40,000 nt of DNA, taken from contig CAYOKR010000006.1 of NCBI GenBank assembly GCA_964404625.1, positions 1-40,000 on the forward strand, read 5' to 3'. Shown here in pieces: positions 18,466 to 27,317 of this stretch; the stretch's first letter is position 1, and each line of letters opens with the position of its first letter. The notes beneath the pieces are model-generated. The model had not been told where the DNA came from. It searched no databases and worked only from the letters and a program-made list of their open reading frames with translations. The stretch is from an uncultured Oscillospiraceae bacterium (GTDB lineage Bacteria; Bacillota; Clostridia; Christensenellales; CAG-314). A program made the position numbers and the translations under genes.

Positions 18466-18532
18466 CATGCCATTTAGTTGGGATAAATCAATCAAATTTA
18501 TTTACAATAACAATTTTTCAATTAACAATCGC

Positions 18533-19333
18533 CTACACCAAACTTGTTTTGTTTAGTACTAATTTACTGATTGCTCCCATGCCAACTGCAAAAATCGCAC
18601 TACCAATCAAACTAACGAGTATATGCATCACCGTTGCGTTAAGCGGGCTGGCGATATCTATCATCATGTACAAAAACATTCCAACACCAAGGGACAAGCA
18701 CATTGCAAGCCACGTTTTTTGTTTGCCGATAACGCTCATCGTTAGAAAAATAGATACAAAAATCGGTACCAATGCTACTTTGGAAATAATCGAGCAAACA
18801 AGGTTATAAACGTTAAAGCCTACCATTTGGAATGATAAACCGCTTACCGCACCGCCGATTACAGAGCCCAAAACAAATGCCAAAATCATAACACCGCCAC
18901 CGACGGAACAAACTATCGTTTTAGAAACTACGTAGTCGGTTTTTTGCGGACGAACGGCAAAAAGATTTTTTGAGTAGCCACTGCGAAAATCGTCACAAAC
19001 GAAAACGCACACCAGTACGGCAATGGCAAAGTACATCATATTGACGTTGCACATAGAAACCAAATCCATACCTGCACCTTGCGATTCGCCACCGCTTACC
19101 GAACCAAGAATTTGCCACACGTACTCAAAACCTTGCATTACTTGTTCTTCGCCGGTTTGTGGGTTTTGCGTAACGTTTCCGTCATTCATTGTTGTCATAA
19201 CGAGTATCAATATCGGCACAACGAAAGCGATACCGACCATAATGTAGAAAAACGGACTTACAGACATACGTTTTGTATCCACTTTTAGCATGCTTTTTAG
19301 TCTTTGGGAAAAGGAATTATTGATTTTGTTCAT
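18533..19333 (-). CDS. ABC-2 type permease (second copy)
   Basis: Six-TM-type hydrophobic protein. The N-terminus FSQRLKSMLKVDTKRM is homologous to FKQRLKGMLGVDFYRL of 20250..21083. It follows its ATPase with a 1-nt gap. Confidence 0.8.
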   Translation of the reverse strand: MNKINNSFSQRLKSMLKVDTKRMSVSPFFYIMVGIAFVVPILILVMTTMNDGNVTQNPQTGEEQVMQGFEYVWQILGSVSGGESQGAGMDLVSMCNVNMMYFAIAVLVCVFVCDDFRSGYSKNLFAVRPQKTDYVVSKTIVCSVGGGVMILAFVLGSVIGGAVSGLSFQMVGFNVYNLVCSIISKVALVPIFVSIFLTMSVIGKQKTWLAMCLSLGVGMFLYMMIDIASPLNATVMHILVSLIGSAIFAVGMGAISKLVLNKTSLV

Positions 19334-19334
19334 A

Positions 19335-20237
19335 TTATCTTGCTCCTTTGCCTTTCATAAGGTCGATATAGTATTCTTCCAAACTAATTTTGTCACTTTT
19401 TATTTCGCTAACGACAACGCCGTTTTCGTAAAGATAGGAAACGACTTCTTCCGCAGTGGTTTTGTCATAGACGCGAATAAAATCGTTTTCGTCCATTTCT
19501 ACACGCAAGTATTTGCGAGAAAGCAATGCTTTTGCCATATCTTTTTGTGTAGCACCGACGGAAATATAGGTACGACAATTCTTTTCCAACTCGTCGGCGG
19601 TCATTTCCGCTATCATTTCGCCACCGCGAACAATGCCGTAGTGGGTGGCGATTTTTTCCAATTCGCCAAGTATGTGAGAAGAAATTAGTACAGTTACGCC
19701 GTTGTTGGCAAGGTTGGTTAACACTTCGCGCATAATACGCATACCGTCGGCATCAAGACCGTTGATAGGTTCGTCCAACACAAGCAAATTGGGGTTGCCA
19801 AGCAGTGCCATCGCAATACCAACACGTTGTTTCATACCAAGCGAGCAGTTTTTGTATTTGTTACCTGCAGAACCTTCCATACGTACAAGTTGCAAGATTT
19901 TGCGAATTTCGTCATCGGCATTTTCGATTCCCAAATTGTTTGCTTGCAAACTTAGGTTATTCCATACCGTCAAATCGGGAAAACATCCCGGGGATTCTAT
20001 CAATACGCCCAAGTTCGCGCGAACGTCGATATCGGTGTAGTCCTTGCCGAACAACTTTACACTACCGCCGTTTGGACGAATCAATCCGCAAATAATTTTT
20101 TCCGTGGTGGATTTACCGCTACCGTTTTCGCCGATAAAACCGTAGATTGCACCTTGAGGAACGGTCATATTTAAGCCTTTTAGCGCTTGTTTATTCCCAA
20201 AATTTTTGGTTAAGTTTTTTATTTCTATTGCGTTCAT
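19335..20237 (-). CDS. ABC transporter ATP-binding protein, BcrA/lantibiotic-protection-like (second copy)
   Basis: Walker A GENGSGKST, signature SLGMKQR, Walker B LLVLDEPINGLD. The C-terminal ~80-aa extension is as in BcrA-type ATPases. Clear paralog of 21083..21985. Confidence 0.85.
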   Translation of the reverse strand: MNAIEIKNLTKNFGNKQALKGLNMTVPQGAIYGFIGENGSGKSTTEKIICGLIRPNGGSVKLFGKDYTDIDVRANLGVLIESPGCFPDLTVWNNLSLQANNLGIENADDEIRKILQLVRMEGSAGNKYKNCSLGMKQRVGIAMALLGNPNLLVLDEPINGLDADGMRIMREVLTNLANNGVTVLISSHILGELEKIATHYGIVRGGEMIAEMTADELEKNCRTYISVGATQKDMAKALLSRKYLRVEMDENDFIRVYDKTTAEEVVSYLYENGVVVSEIKSDKISLEEYYIDLMKGKGAR

Positions 20238-20249
20238 ATAAATAACTCC

Positions 20250-21083
20250 TTAATACACGTCGCTTTTGTTGAGAATGTGAGTACCCAACGTAACGTAGAT
20301 AACTGCCCACGCAACGGATACTACAAGGCAATTTGCAATGGTCAAAAGGTTACTTGTAAGGCAGGCAAATACCGACGAACCGTACAAAAAGACGTTTAAA
20401 ATTGGGGTATTACCTATAATCGAGCCTACTCCTATCACCAAAATACCCGTTCCAAAGAAAAACGACGACGCAATCGACACGCCAAAGTGCTTGCGCAAAA
20501 TTACGTTCAAAAAGGTATACAAACTTGCCCAGCCAAGGCTCATAAGCATTTTGCCAAGTATAGCGCAAATCAAGTTGCCAAAGTTTACTTCAAAGGACAT
20601 TTTTGTTAACAATCCTGCAATGATACCGCCAAGCAAGTAAGTTACGCACATACAAGCCATAGCAAAAGCGCAAGACAACGTTTTGGAAATCATGTAGTCT
20701 TGTTTTTTCGGGTGAGTGGTGAACAGTTGTTTTACGTAACCGCTTTGATAGTCGTGACCGATAAAAATGGAAACCATAATTCCGCCGAAAATAAATACCA
20801 TATTCATGTTGGCGTACTTTTCGATACCTTCAAATCCATAAATTGGTGTATCTGCTGCAATTGCTTGCCAAACGTTGGTAAAAATCGGTTGAGTTATTTC
20901 ACCATTGGGACCTTCGCCACCAGTTGCCGATATAAGCATCGCCGGAATTATCGCCGCTATCGCAAGAAAAATATAAAATAACGGTGTATGAAACAAGCGG
21001 TAAAAATCTACACCCAACATACCTTTTAGACGTTGTTTGAATGTGGGTGACGGAAAAATTATTTCGTTGGAACGTTCTTTCAT
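20250..21083 (-). CDS. ABC-2 type permease (first copy)
   Basis: Multi-TM protein. Its start overlaps the stop of the upstream ATPase by 1 nt. Confidence 0.8.
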   Translation of the reverse strand: MKERSNEIIFPSPTFKQRLKGMLGVDFYRLFHTPLFYIFLAIAAIIPAMLISATGGEGPNGEITQPIFTNVWQAIAADTPIYGFEGIEKYANMNMVFIFGGIMVSIFIGHDYQSGYVKQLFTTHPKKQDYMISKTLSCAFAMACMCVTYLLGGIIAGLLTKMSFEVNFGNLICAILGKMLMSLGWASLYTFLNVILRKHFGVSIASSFFFGTGILVIGVGSIIGNTPILNVFLYGSSVFACLTSNLLTIANCLVVSVAWAVIYVTLGTHILNKSDVY

Positions 21084-21985
21084 TAGTTTACCCCCTTTTG
21101 ACTCATAAGTTGAATGTAGTATTCTTCCAAGCCGATTTTGTTCTTTTTGATTTCGCTAACAACGTGTCCGTTAGTGATTAGATATTCTACAATCTCCTCC
21201 GCATTGTTAACGTCGTAAACGCAAATATAATCTTGTTCCGCTTTTACGTTATCGTACTTTTGTTTTAGCACATTTAACGCGCCTTGCATATCCGCCGTCT
21301 TTAACGAAACAAACACGCGCGCTCTACTTTCCATATCCTTTGCAGAAAGTTCCATTATCATTTTGCCTTGACGGATAATGCCGTAGTGAGTGGCAATTTT
21401 TTCCAATTCGCCCAAGATATGCGAAGATATTAGCACCGTGCAACCGTAAGATTGGCTGATATCCACAAGAATTTCTCTCATAATGCGCATACCGTCGGTA
21501 TCAAGTCCGTTGATAGGCTCGTCCAAAATGAGAAGTGCGGGATTACCGAGCAATGCCATTGCGATGCCGATACGCTGTTTCATACCAAGCGAACAAGATT
21601 TAAATTTGATAAATTTGTGTTCTTCCATGCGAACGATTTTTAGCACACGGTCGATTTCTTCGTCGCGATTGACAAGCCCCAAGTTGATTGCTTGCATTAC
21701 CAAGTTTTGATACACGCTGGAATTTGGAAAACATCCGGCATTTTCGATTAATGCACCTACACGCACACGCACGCCTGCATCGGTGTAGTCCTTGCCAAAC
21801 AATTTGATAGTTCCCTTATCTGCAACAAGATGTCCGCAAATGAGTTTTTCCGTGGTAGATTTACCGCTACCGTTTTCGCCGATAAAACCGTAAATTGCAC
21901 CTTGAGGTACGGTCATATCAAAGTCGTTTAGCGCATACATACCGCGAAAACTTTTTGAAAGACCTCTAATTTCTATAGCGTTCAT
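21083..21985 (-). CDS. ABC transporter ATP-binding protein, BcrA/lantibiotic-protection-like (first copy)
   Basis: GENGSGKST, SLGMKQR, LLILDEPINGLD. AAAGGAG SD. Confidence 0.85.
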   Translation of the reverse strand: MNAIEIRGLSKSFRGMYALNDFDMTVPQGAIYGFIGENGSGKSTTEKLICGHLVADKGTIKLFGKDYTDAGVRVRVGALIENAGCFPNSSVYQNLVMQAINLGLVNRDEEIDRVLKIVRMEEHKFIKFKSCSLGMKQRIGIAMALLGNPALLILDEPINGLDTDGMRIMREILVDISQSYGCTVLISSHILGELEKIATHYGIIRQGKMIMELSAKDMESRARVFVSLKTADMQGALNVLKQKYDNVKAEQDYICVYDVNNAEEIVEYLITNGHVVSEIKKNKIGLEEYYIQLMSQKGVN

Positions 21986-22027
21986 AAAAATGCTCCTTTG
22001 TTTATTTTACCAAAATATTGTACGAAA

Positions 22028-22093
22028 TTTATGTTTGCGAAACGCAAAGTTTATGTTTAAAAATTGTATTTTTTATGTTAACGAATTGTAAAA
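22028..22093 (-). promoter_or_regulatory. Phased direct-repeat array upstream of the ABC operon; candidate activator-dependent promoter
   Basis: TTTATGTT(T/A) occurs at 22028, 22050 and 22072, exactly 22 bp apart. It is interleaved with AATTGTA at 22062 and 22084, giving four consecutive 11-bp units across 22050-22093. A TACAAT -10 box on the minus strand lies at 22017-22022 with no good -35. Confidence 0.5.
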
Positions 22094-22125
22094 GCGACCG
22101 CATTTGAAACGCAGTCGCTTTTTGA
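22091..22125 (-). terminator. Hairpin terminator separating the RR-HK-membrane operon from the ABC operon
   Basis: AAAGCGACCGC / GCAGTCGCTTT stem flanked by an A-run and a T-run. On the minus strand the stem is followed by TTTTAC. Confidence 0.55.
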
Positions 22126-22388
22126 TTTTGATAAATTATATTGATAATTACAAATTTTACAATTTGCCATTAACCTTGCACTGATTGTACATAGCATTTT
22201 TGTACATCGTATAAAAGTGCAATTCGCTCGTTACAATCTGTTTTGCAAATGGCATTCTAACACTACAATCAATTATTTTTCGCTCACACGACGCAATGCA
22301 TTTTTGTAGGTAGTTATATTTTTTATCATCTACTACAAGCGTGATTGTAAATAATCAATTTACAACACAATGCAAATTGACTATCGCA

Positions 22389-22790
22389 CTATTGCTGATT
22401 AGTGCGTTGGTCGGTTTCGTTAAGAATTTCGTCGGAAAGTTGCAAAATTTCGTCGCCGTAGCGATTTTTATATTTGTTAAGCACACGTTTGTACACGGGG
22501 TAAGCAATAGCCATAGGGATTGCACCGACAATAGATACAATCACACCCCAAAGCACAAGGTTCCACTCCAAAACCATGGTTAGACCTACGCCGAAGACAA
22601 GGCAACCAATAATGCCCAGACAATACGCCCAAATGTTGGCGGTTGTTTTTACAAGTTTGTCCAATCGGCGCAAACGCTCCAACTTAGTTTCCGTTTGTTC
22701 TTGCGGTGCATATTTACGGCGGATACTGTCTATTTCTTTGCGCTCTTCTTCCGTAGGGGCGGAATAGGTATAGTTAAATTGATTGCTCAT
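22389..22790 (-). CDS. Small two-TM membrane protein, paralog of 18011..18355
   Basis: 133 aa with an AAGGAAG SD. Its start overlaps the upstream gene by 17 nt. See the paralog entry for the shared motifs. Confidence 0.75.
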   Translation of the reverse strand: MSNQFNYTYSAPTEEERKEIDSIRRKYAPQEQTETKLERLRRLDKLVKTTANIWAYCLGIIGCLVFGVGLTMVLEWNLVLWGVIVSIVGAIPMAIAYPVYKRVLNKYKNRYGDEILQLSDEILNETDQRTNQQ

Positions 22791-23724
22791 TGTTAGGTTC
22801 TTCCTTTTGTAATTTTAATTCTTTCATTTTTTTGCTTGCGTAAACAATCATATAAATGCCGATTGTTATTGCAGATAAACTTACTACTATGCCTGTTAAA
22901 GTGTTAAATAATGATATATCGACGGTTTCGTCACTAAACACTGTTAGCAATGCCGTTTGCAAGGCAAGTATAGATACAAGCGCGTCAACAAGGTTGATGT
23001 TTCTAATGGCACGCACCGTTAAATCCGTTTGTTTGTGTGCTTTGATAAAACTGATAACGGACATTGTGATTTTGTAGAAAGCATACGCTGCGGAATAGAA
23101 AATCGTCCAACCGACGTATTCGAAATGCGCATTGGAAAATATCATTTGTGCGATTTCCGCTGAAAGTGCCACGTTAAGAATTAGCGTTGCAATTCCGCTA
23201 CCGAGATACACCTTTGCTTTGGCATAGTCGTCGTTGCTACTGTCCTTTTTGATAAGTCTGCTCGAGTGATAAAACAGCACACCACCACGAATAAATGCAA
23301 GCGCGATATAGAATGCCGACAATGCGCCGTACCAAATGGATTTGTTGACAATACCCAAGTAACCGTTGATTGCACTATTGACCAAACTCATCGTGAAAGA
23401 TATTACCGTTGTTATGATAGTTTTGAACCCAAAATCGTGTAAATAACGGTTTGTGTACTTGTGGTTTTCCATCCAAGTGACAATATTTGTTTTGACGTGG
23501 GATATTATTGGAATTATCAAGTAAACTGCATAGGTTAAAGATACTGCTGCAACTGCGTAGAGAACGTAGGACAAAATTGCCAATATGCTATCTTCCGCAT
23601 AATCCACAAACAGTATCAAAATCGACGCCGTACAACTGATTACGGCAACTATAAAGGTTAGCACCTTTGCCCAAGTGGGTGGGTTCAAAACCTTTTTCCA
23701 AAATGCGGAAAAATCAAACTTCAT
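22774..23724 (-). CDS. Polytopic membrane protein of unknown function (316 aa)
   Basis: About 7-8 hydrophobic segments. Translationally coupled, overlapping the HK stop by 11 nt. No motif was recognised. Confidence 0.7.
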   Translation of the reverse strand: MKFDFSAFWKKVLNPPTWAKVLTFIVAVISCTASILILFVDYAEDSILAILSYVLYAVAAVSLTYAVYLIIPIISHVKTNIVTWMENHKYTNRYLHDFGFKTIITTVISFTMSLVNSAINGYLGIVNKSIWYGALSAFYIALAFIRGGVLFYHSSRLIKKDSSNDDYAKAKVYLGSGIATLILNVALSAEIAQMIFSNAHFEYVGWTIFYSAAYAFYKITMSVISFIKAHKQTDLTVRAIRNINLVDALVSILALQTALLTVFSDETVDISLFNTLTGIVVSLSAITIGIYMIVYASKKMKELKLQKEEPNNEQSI

Positions 23725-24772
23725 AAACTACGTCCTTAAGTATAATTGTAAACGTACTGCCTTTACCAAGTTCGCTCGATACGGAAATTTCTCCGCCCAA
23801 AATGTCGATAACGCGTTTTACAAGAGCAAGTCCCAAACCATTGCCTTGCGTAGCGTGAGAAGTATCGCCTTGATAAAATTTGTCGAAAATTTTTGCGCCC
23901 ACTTCGCTTGTCATACCGCAACCGGAATCGGCAACGGAAACCTGCACGTTGTTATCCATGCGCTTTAGCGAGACGTTGATATTACCGCCATCGGGGGTAA
24001 ATTTGATTGCATTAGACAAAAGATTATTCCAGACGATTTCCAGCAAACTTTGTGTAGAAAATATAGTTACGTCGTCCAAGTCGCAATCCAACTGAATATT
24101 TTTGTTTTCCATTAGAATTTCGAACTCTACAATACAATTTGCGAGGGAATCGGTAAGGCTGAACGGTTCGGGTTTTTGTTGAATTTGTTGATTTTCTAAC
24201 TTGTTAAGTTTTAGAATGTTGGTTATCAAATCGGTGATACGTTTGGTTGCACCTATAAGCGTTTGTGTGTACTCCTTGCGCGTTTGAGCATCCAAAGTTT
24301 CGTCTTGTAACAGCATTGCATAATTTTGTATTACCGCCAACGGCGTTTTGATTTCGTGCGATACGTTAGAAATAAAATCCGTTTTTAGCACTTCGTTTTT
24401 TTGCAATTCCATTGCCATTTTGTTTAGATTTTCCATAATCAAGTCGTACTGATCGTAGTTGTTGTAATCGTGGATAATATCCAAATGGGTAGAAAAATCG
24501 CCTTCGGCAATACGCTCGGTTGCTTGCAAAATTTTTTGCGTGGGTTTATCGACGGTTAGTTTACGTCTAATCCAATCGAACAACGTGCAGAAAGTGGAAA
24601 GCATAAATATTAAAATGAGAATGAGTACGGCAATTAGACCTTTGTCGTCGGTGCGCTGACGAATGTAACTGTAAGTAAAAATTGCAATTTGCATCAAAAA
24701 TGCAATACACACAAAAAACAACAATGCGCCTACAAAGGAAAAACCGACGTTTTTTACCTTGCGTTTTTTCAT
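23714..24772 (-). CDS. Sensor histidine kinase (two TM segments, HAMP, HisKA, HATPase_c)
   Basis: H-box SHEIKTPL, N-box LLSNAIKFT, G1 DSGCGM, G2 GNGLGLALV. An ATGA overlap couples it to the RR gene. Confidence 0.9.
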   Translation of the reverse strand: MKKRKVKNVGFSFVGALLFFVCIAFLMQIAIFTYSYIRQRTDDKGLIAVLILILIFMLSTFCTLFDWIRRKLTVDKPTQKILQATERIAEGDFSTHLDIIHDYNNYDQYDLIMENLNKMAMELQKNEVLKTDFISNVSHEIKTPLAVIQNYAMLLQDETLDAQTRKEYTQTLIGATKRITDLITNILKLNKLENQQIQQKPEPFSLTDSLANCIVEFEILMENKNIQLDCDLDDVTIFSTQSLLEIVWNNLLSNAIKFTPDGGNINVSLKRMDNNVQVSVADSGCGMTSEVGAKIFDKFYQGDTSHATQGNGLGLALVKRVIDILGGEISVSSELGKGSTFTIILKDVVYEV

Positions 24773-25440
24773 TTTAGCACCACCTTGTAACCAAGACCAT
24801 GCACAGTGACGATTTCAAACCCGTCGCAATCGACTGTTTTTTCGCGCAGTTTTGCCATGTAGACGTCTACCGTTCTGCTTGTTGTGGACGAATCGTAATC
24901 CCAAAACTCATTCATCAACGACGAACGAGTAAAAGTCTTTTTGGGATAAGAAAGCATTTTGAACAAAATGTCAAACTCGCGAACGGTTAAAGCGATTTCT
25001 TCTCCGTTTAACAATGCGGTACGCTCTTCTACGTTCATGCTAAAGTTGCCAATGGTAATTTCCTTTTCCGTTTCGATTTTGGCACGGCGCAAAATTGCTT
25101 TGATTGTCATAAGAAGTATGTCGATATCAAACGGTTTTGTTACGTATTCGTCGATGCCGACGTTGTAGCCAAGCATTTTTGAAGGTTTGTCGTCCTTGGC
25201 AGTCATAAAAATGATAGGCATAGTTTTGTCGGTGGCGCGAACGATTTCGGCAAGTTCAAAACCGTTCATACGGGGCATCATTATATCGGTAAGAAGCAAA
25301 TCGCATTTGGATTCGTCCATTTTTTCCAATGCCTCCAAGCCGTCGAAACAACTAACCACGTTATAACCGACATTACGTAAACTTGCAGAAACAAAACGGT
25401 TAAGGTCCTTGTCGTCTTCCACTACGAAAATATTTATCAT
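24769..25440 (-). CDS. OmpR/PhoB-family response regulator
   Basis: Receiver domain (VVEDD, LLLTDIMMP, the K of TAKDD-KP) and winged-helix C-terminus (LTVREFDILF..., RTVDVYMAKLREK, GLGYK). The ATG at 25440 is preceded by AAGGAG and is preferred over the GTG at 25473. Confidence 0.9.
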   Translation of the reverse strand: MINIFVVEDDKDLNRFVSASLRNVGYNVVSCFDGLEALEKMDESKCDLLLTDIMMPRMNGFELAEIVRATDKTMPIIFMTAKDDKPSKMLGYNVGIDEYVTKPFDIDILLMTIKAILRRAKIETEKEITIGNFSMNVEERTALLNGEEIALTVREFDILFKMLSYPKKTFTRSSLMNEFWDYDSSTTSRTVDVYMAKLREKTVDCDGFEIVTVHGLGYKVVLK

Positions 25441-25634
25441 ACGTTCACTCCTTTTTTTTGAGAATTGTGCCACGTGATGCTACAGTGACACTCTTTTTGC
25501 AAATTGAGTTTGTGTTGAATCAAAGTGATTTGCGATATACCGAACAATGCGATTTTTACTGCATATACTTTGGTTGTAATTTTGCTTGCATGTAGCATAT
25601 GCCCACACGATACTGTTTGTATTATAACCTCTTT

Positions 25635-25672
25635 ATTATAACAAATTGTTTGTAAATTGTTAAAGAATTGTA
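25635..25672 (-). promoter_or_regulatory. Candidate promoter of the RR-HK operon, overlapped by three 11-bp-phased AATTGT(T/A) repeats
   Basis: The minus strand reads TTAACA, 17 nt, TATAAT with a TG extension (25658-25663 and 25635-25640). ATTGTT occurs at 25645, ATTGTT at 25656 and ATTGTA at 25667, with exact 11-bp spacing. Confidence 0.4.
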
Positions 25673-25792
25673 AAAGGTGCCGAAAATGTTATCAAAAATA
25701 CGGTCAATAAACAAAAAATCACCCTACGTAAAGTTATTGAAACGGCATAGACGTTTTTTTGAAACAACAATTTTATTACCGTGTAGACAAAC

Positions 25793-25820
25793 AACAAAAA
25801 AACTTGCTTGAAGCAAGTTT
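25793..25820 (-). terminator. Rho-independent terminator after aroK
   Basis: AAACTTGC-TTGAA-GCAAGTTT 8-bp stem. On the minus strand it is followed by a run of 7 T. It lies 9 nt past the aroK stop. Confidence 0.8.
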
Positions 25821-25828
25821 GTGCATTG

Positions 25829-26323
25829 TTAAATTTTTAGCAGTTGACAAAGTCCGTCAAAAACTTGTTGTGACGTTTTTCCGTTAGTATCCAGTTGCAC
25901 GGTTGCGTACTTTTGGTAAAGTGGTGTGCGATTTGCAATTTTTACCGCAAGTTGTTCGACAGTTAGTCCGTCAAAAAGTGGGCGCGAATGCCCGTCCAAA
26001 CGAGACAGTACGTTTTGCGCATCCACTTGTAGCCAAATTACCGTTGCATTGTGGCACAGTTTGTAAAAATCACAGGACGTAACGCTACCGCCACCGCAAG
26101 AAATAACACAATCGGTAATTGTAGAAAGTTGCAAAAGTGTGCGCGACTCCAACTGGCGAAAATAGCCTTCGCCGTGGCTGGCAAATATTTGCGTTATCGA
26201 CATACCTTCTTGCGATTGGATAACGTTGTCCACGTCGTACAATGGCAAATTAAGTTTTTGGGAAAGTTGTTTTGCGACAGTGCTTTTGTAGGCAGTGGCA
26301 AAACCTATAAGAATAAATTTCAT
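25829..26323 (-). CDS. aroK: Shikimate kinase with atypical P-loop
   Basis: YDVDNVIQ, GEGYFRQLE and SCGGGSV align with the shikimate kinase motifs DSD, GE.GFR and GGG. The Walker A reads GFATAYKST instead of GxxGxGKST. Confidence 0.8.
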   Translation of the reverse strand: MKFILIGFATAYKSTVAKQLSQKLNLPLYDVDNVIQSQEGMSITQIFASHGEGYFRQLESRTLLQLSTITDCVISCGGGSVTSCDFYKLCHNATVIWLQVDAQNVLSRLDGHSRPLFDGLTVEQLAVKIANRTPLYQKYATVQLDTNGKTSQQVFDGLCQLLKI

Positions 26324-26580
26324 TAGAGATTAAGTAAGTTAGTTTTATTGCACGATTTTATTAACGTGGCAAAATATTTTAAGAACAACGTCGTTGATGT
26401 TGCAGATACTTGATTGATGTGTTAAATGCACGCAAATTAAATTGTAAGCGCAACGGCAAACATCATTTTTGTGCGATAATTACTGTTCTTTGTTAAATAT
26501 CTATACGATTTGGTCGCAAAATTGCGATAACGTATGCAATTTTTTGTTACACAACGTCAAAAACAGTTCTAACGACACTG

Positions 26581-27003
26581 TTATTTGTTATGCACAATAA
26601 AATCTACCGCATCCAAATAACTTTGGATACCCTTGCCAAGAAAAGTTGCTTTGCAAACTTCTGCAATCACGTCGGTGTGACGGAAAGACTCACGCTTGTA
26701 AATATCGCTCATATGCACTTCCACAACGGGAACGGAAACACATTCGATACAATCGCGCAAAGCGTAACTGTAGTGAGAATATGCACCCGCATTGAACACA
26801 ACTGCATCACAAACAGTTTGTTGCAAAATATTGACAAGTTCGCCCTCGATATTGCTTTGCGCACAAACGACTTCCGCACCGAGCGTTTTGGCATAGGCTT
26901 GCACCTTTTGTTCCAACATAGGCAAAGTATCGTTACCGTACAAAGTATGGTCACGTTTGCCGAGCATGTTCATATTTACACCGTTGAGTAGTAGAATTTT
27001 CAT
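26581..27003 (-). CDS. aroQ: Type II 3-dehydroquinate dehydratase
   Basis: MKILLLNGVNMNMLGKRDHTLYG resembles the LNGPNLNLLG.RE...YG motif. Also contains AGAYSHYSYALRD. 140 aa. Confidence 0.9.
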   Translation of the reverse strand: MKILLLNGVNMNMLGKRDHTLYGNDTLPMLEQKVQAYAKTLGAEVVCAQSNIEGELVNILQQTVCDAVVFNAGAYSHYSYALRDCIECVSVPVVEVHMSDIYKRESFRHTDVIAEVCKATFLGKGIQSYLDAVDFIVHNK

Positions 27004-27317
27004 ATATTTTTCCTTTAAACAGTTTTTTTGATATGTTTAATGAATTTTAAAACCGTCAACTTACCAAATTAGATAACAGAAAAATTTTTAATTGACAAAA
27101 CCATAGATTTTTCACAATTAGCGCGTTGATTAAAAATTGATAAAAACATTGTTTATCAACACATTATTTAGAATAGTTCAACAATGTGAATTTCACCCGC
27201 AGTAAGAGATAAATCATTTTTTCACCACCGTTTTTAATAGGTGCAATTTTTATTTTGTCCGCTTGTGGACGTTGAGCAAACATTACCTACGCTAATACAT
27301 ATGCAGTTGAAGATCGG

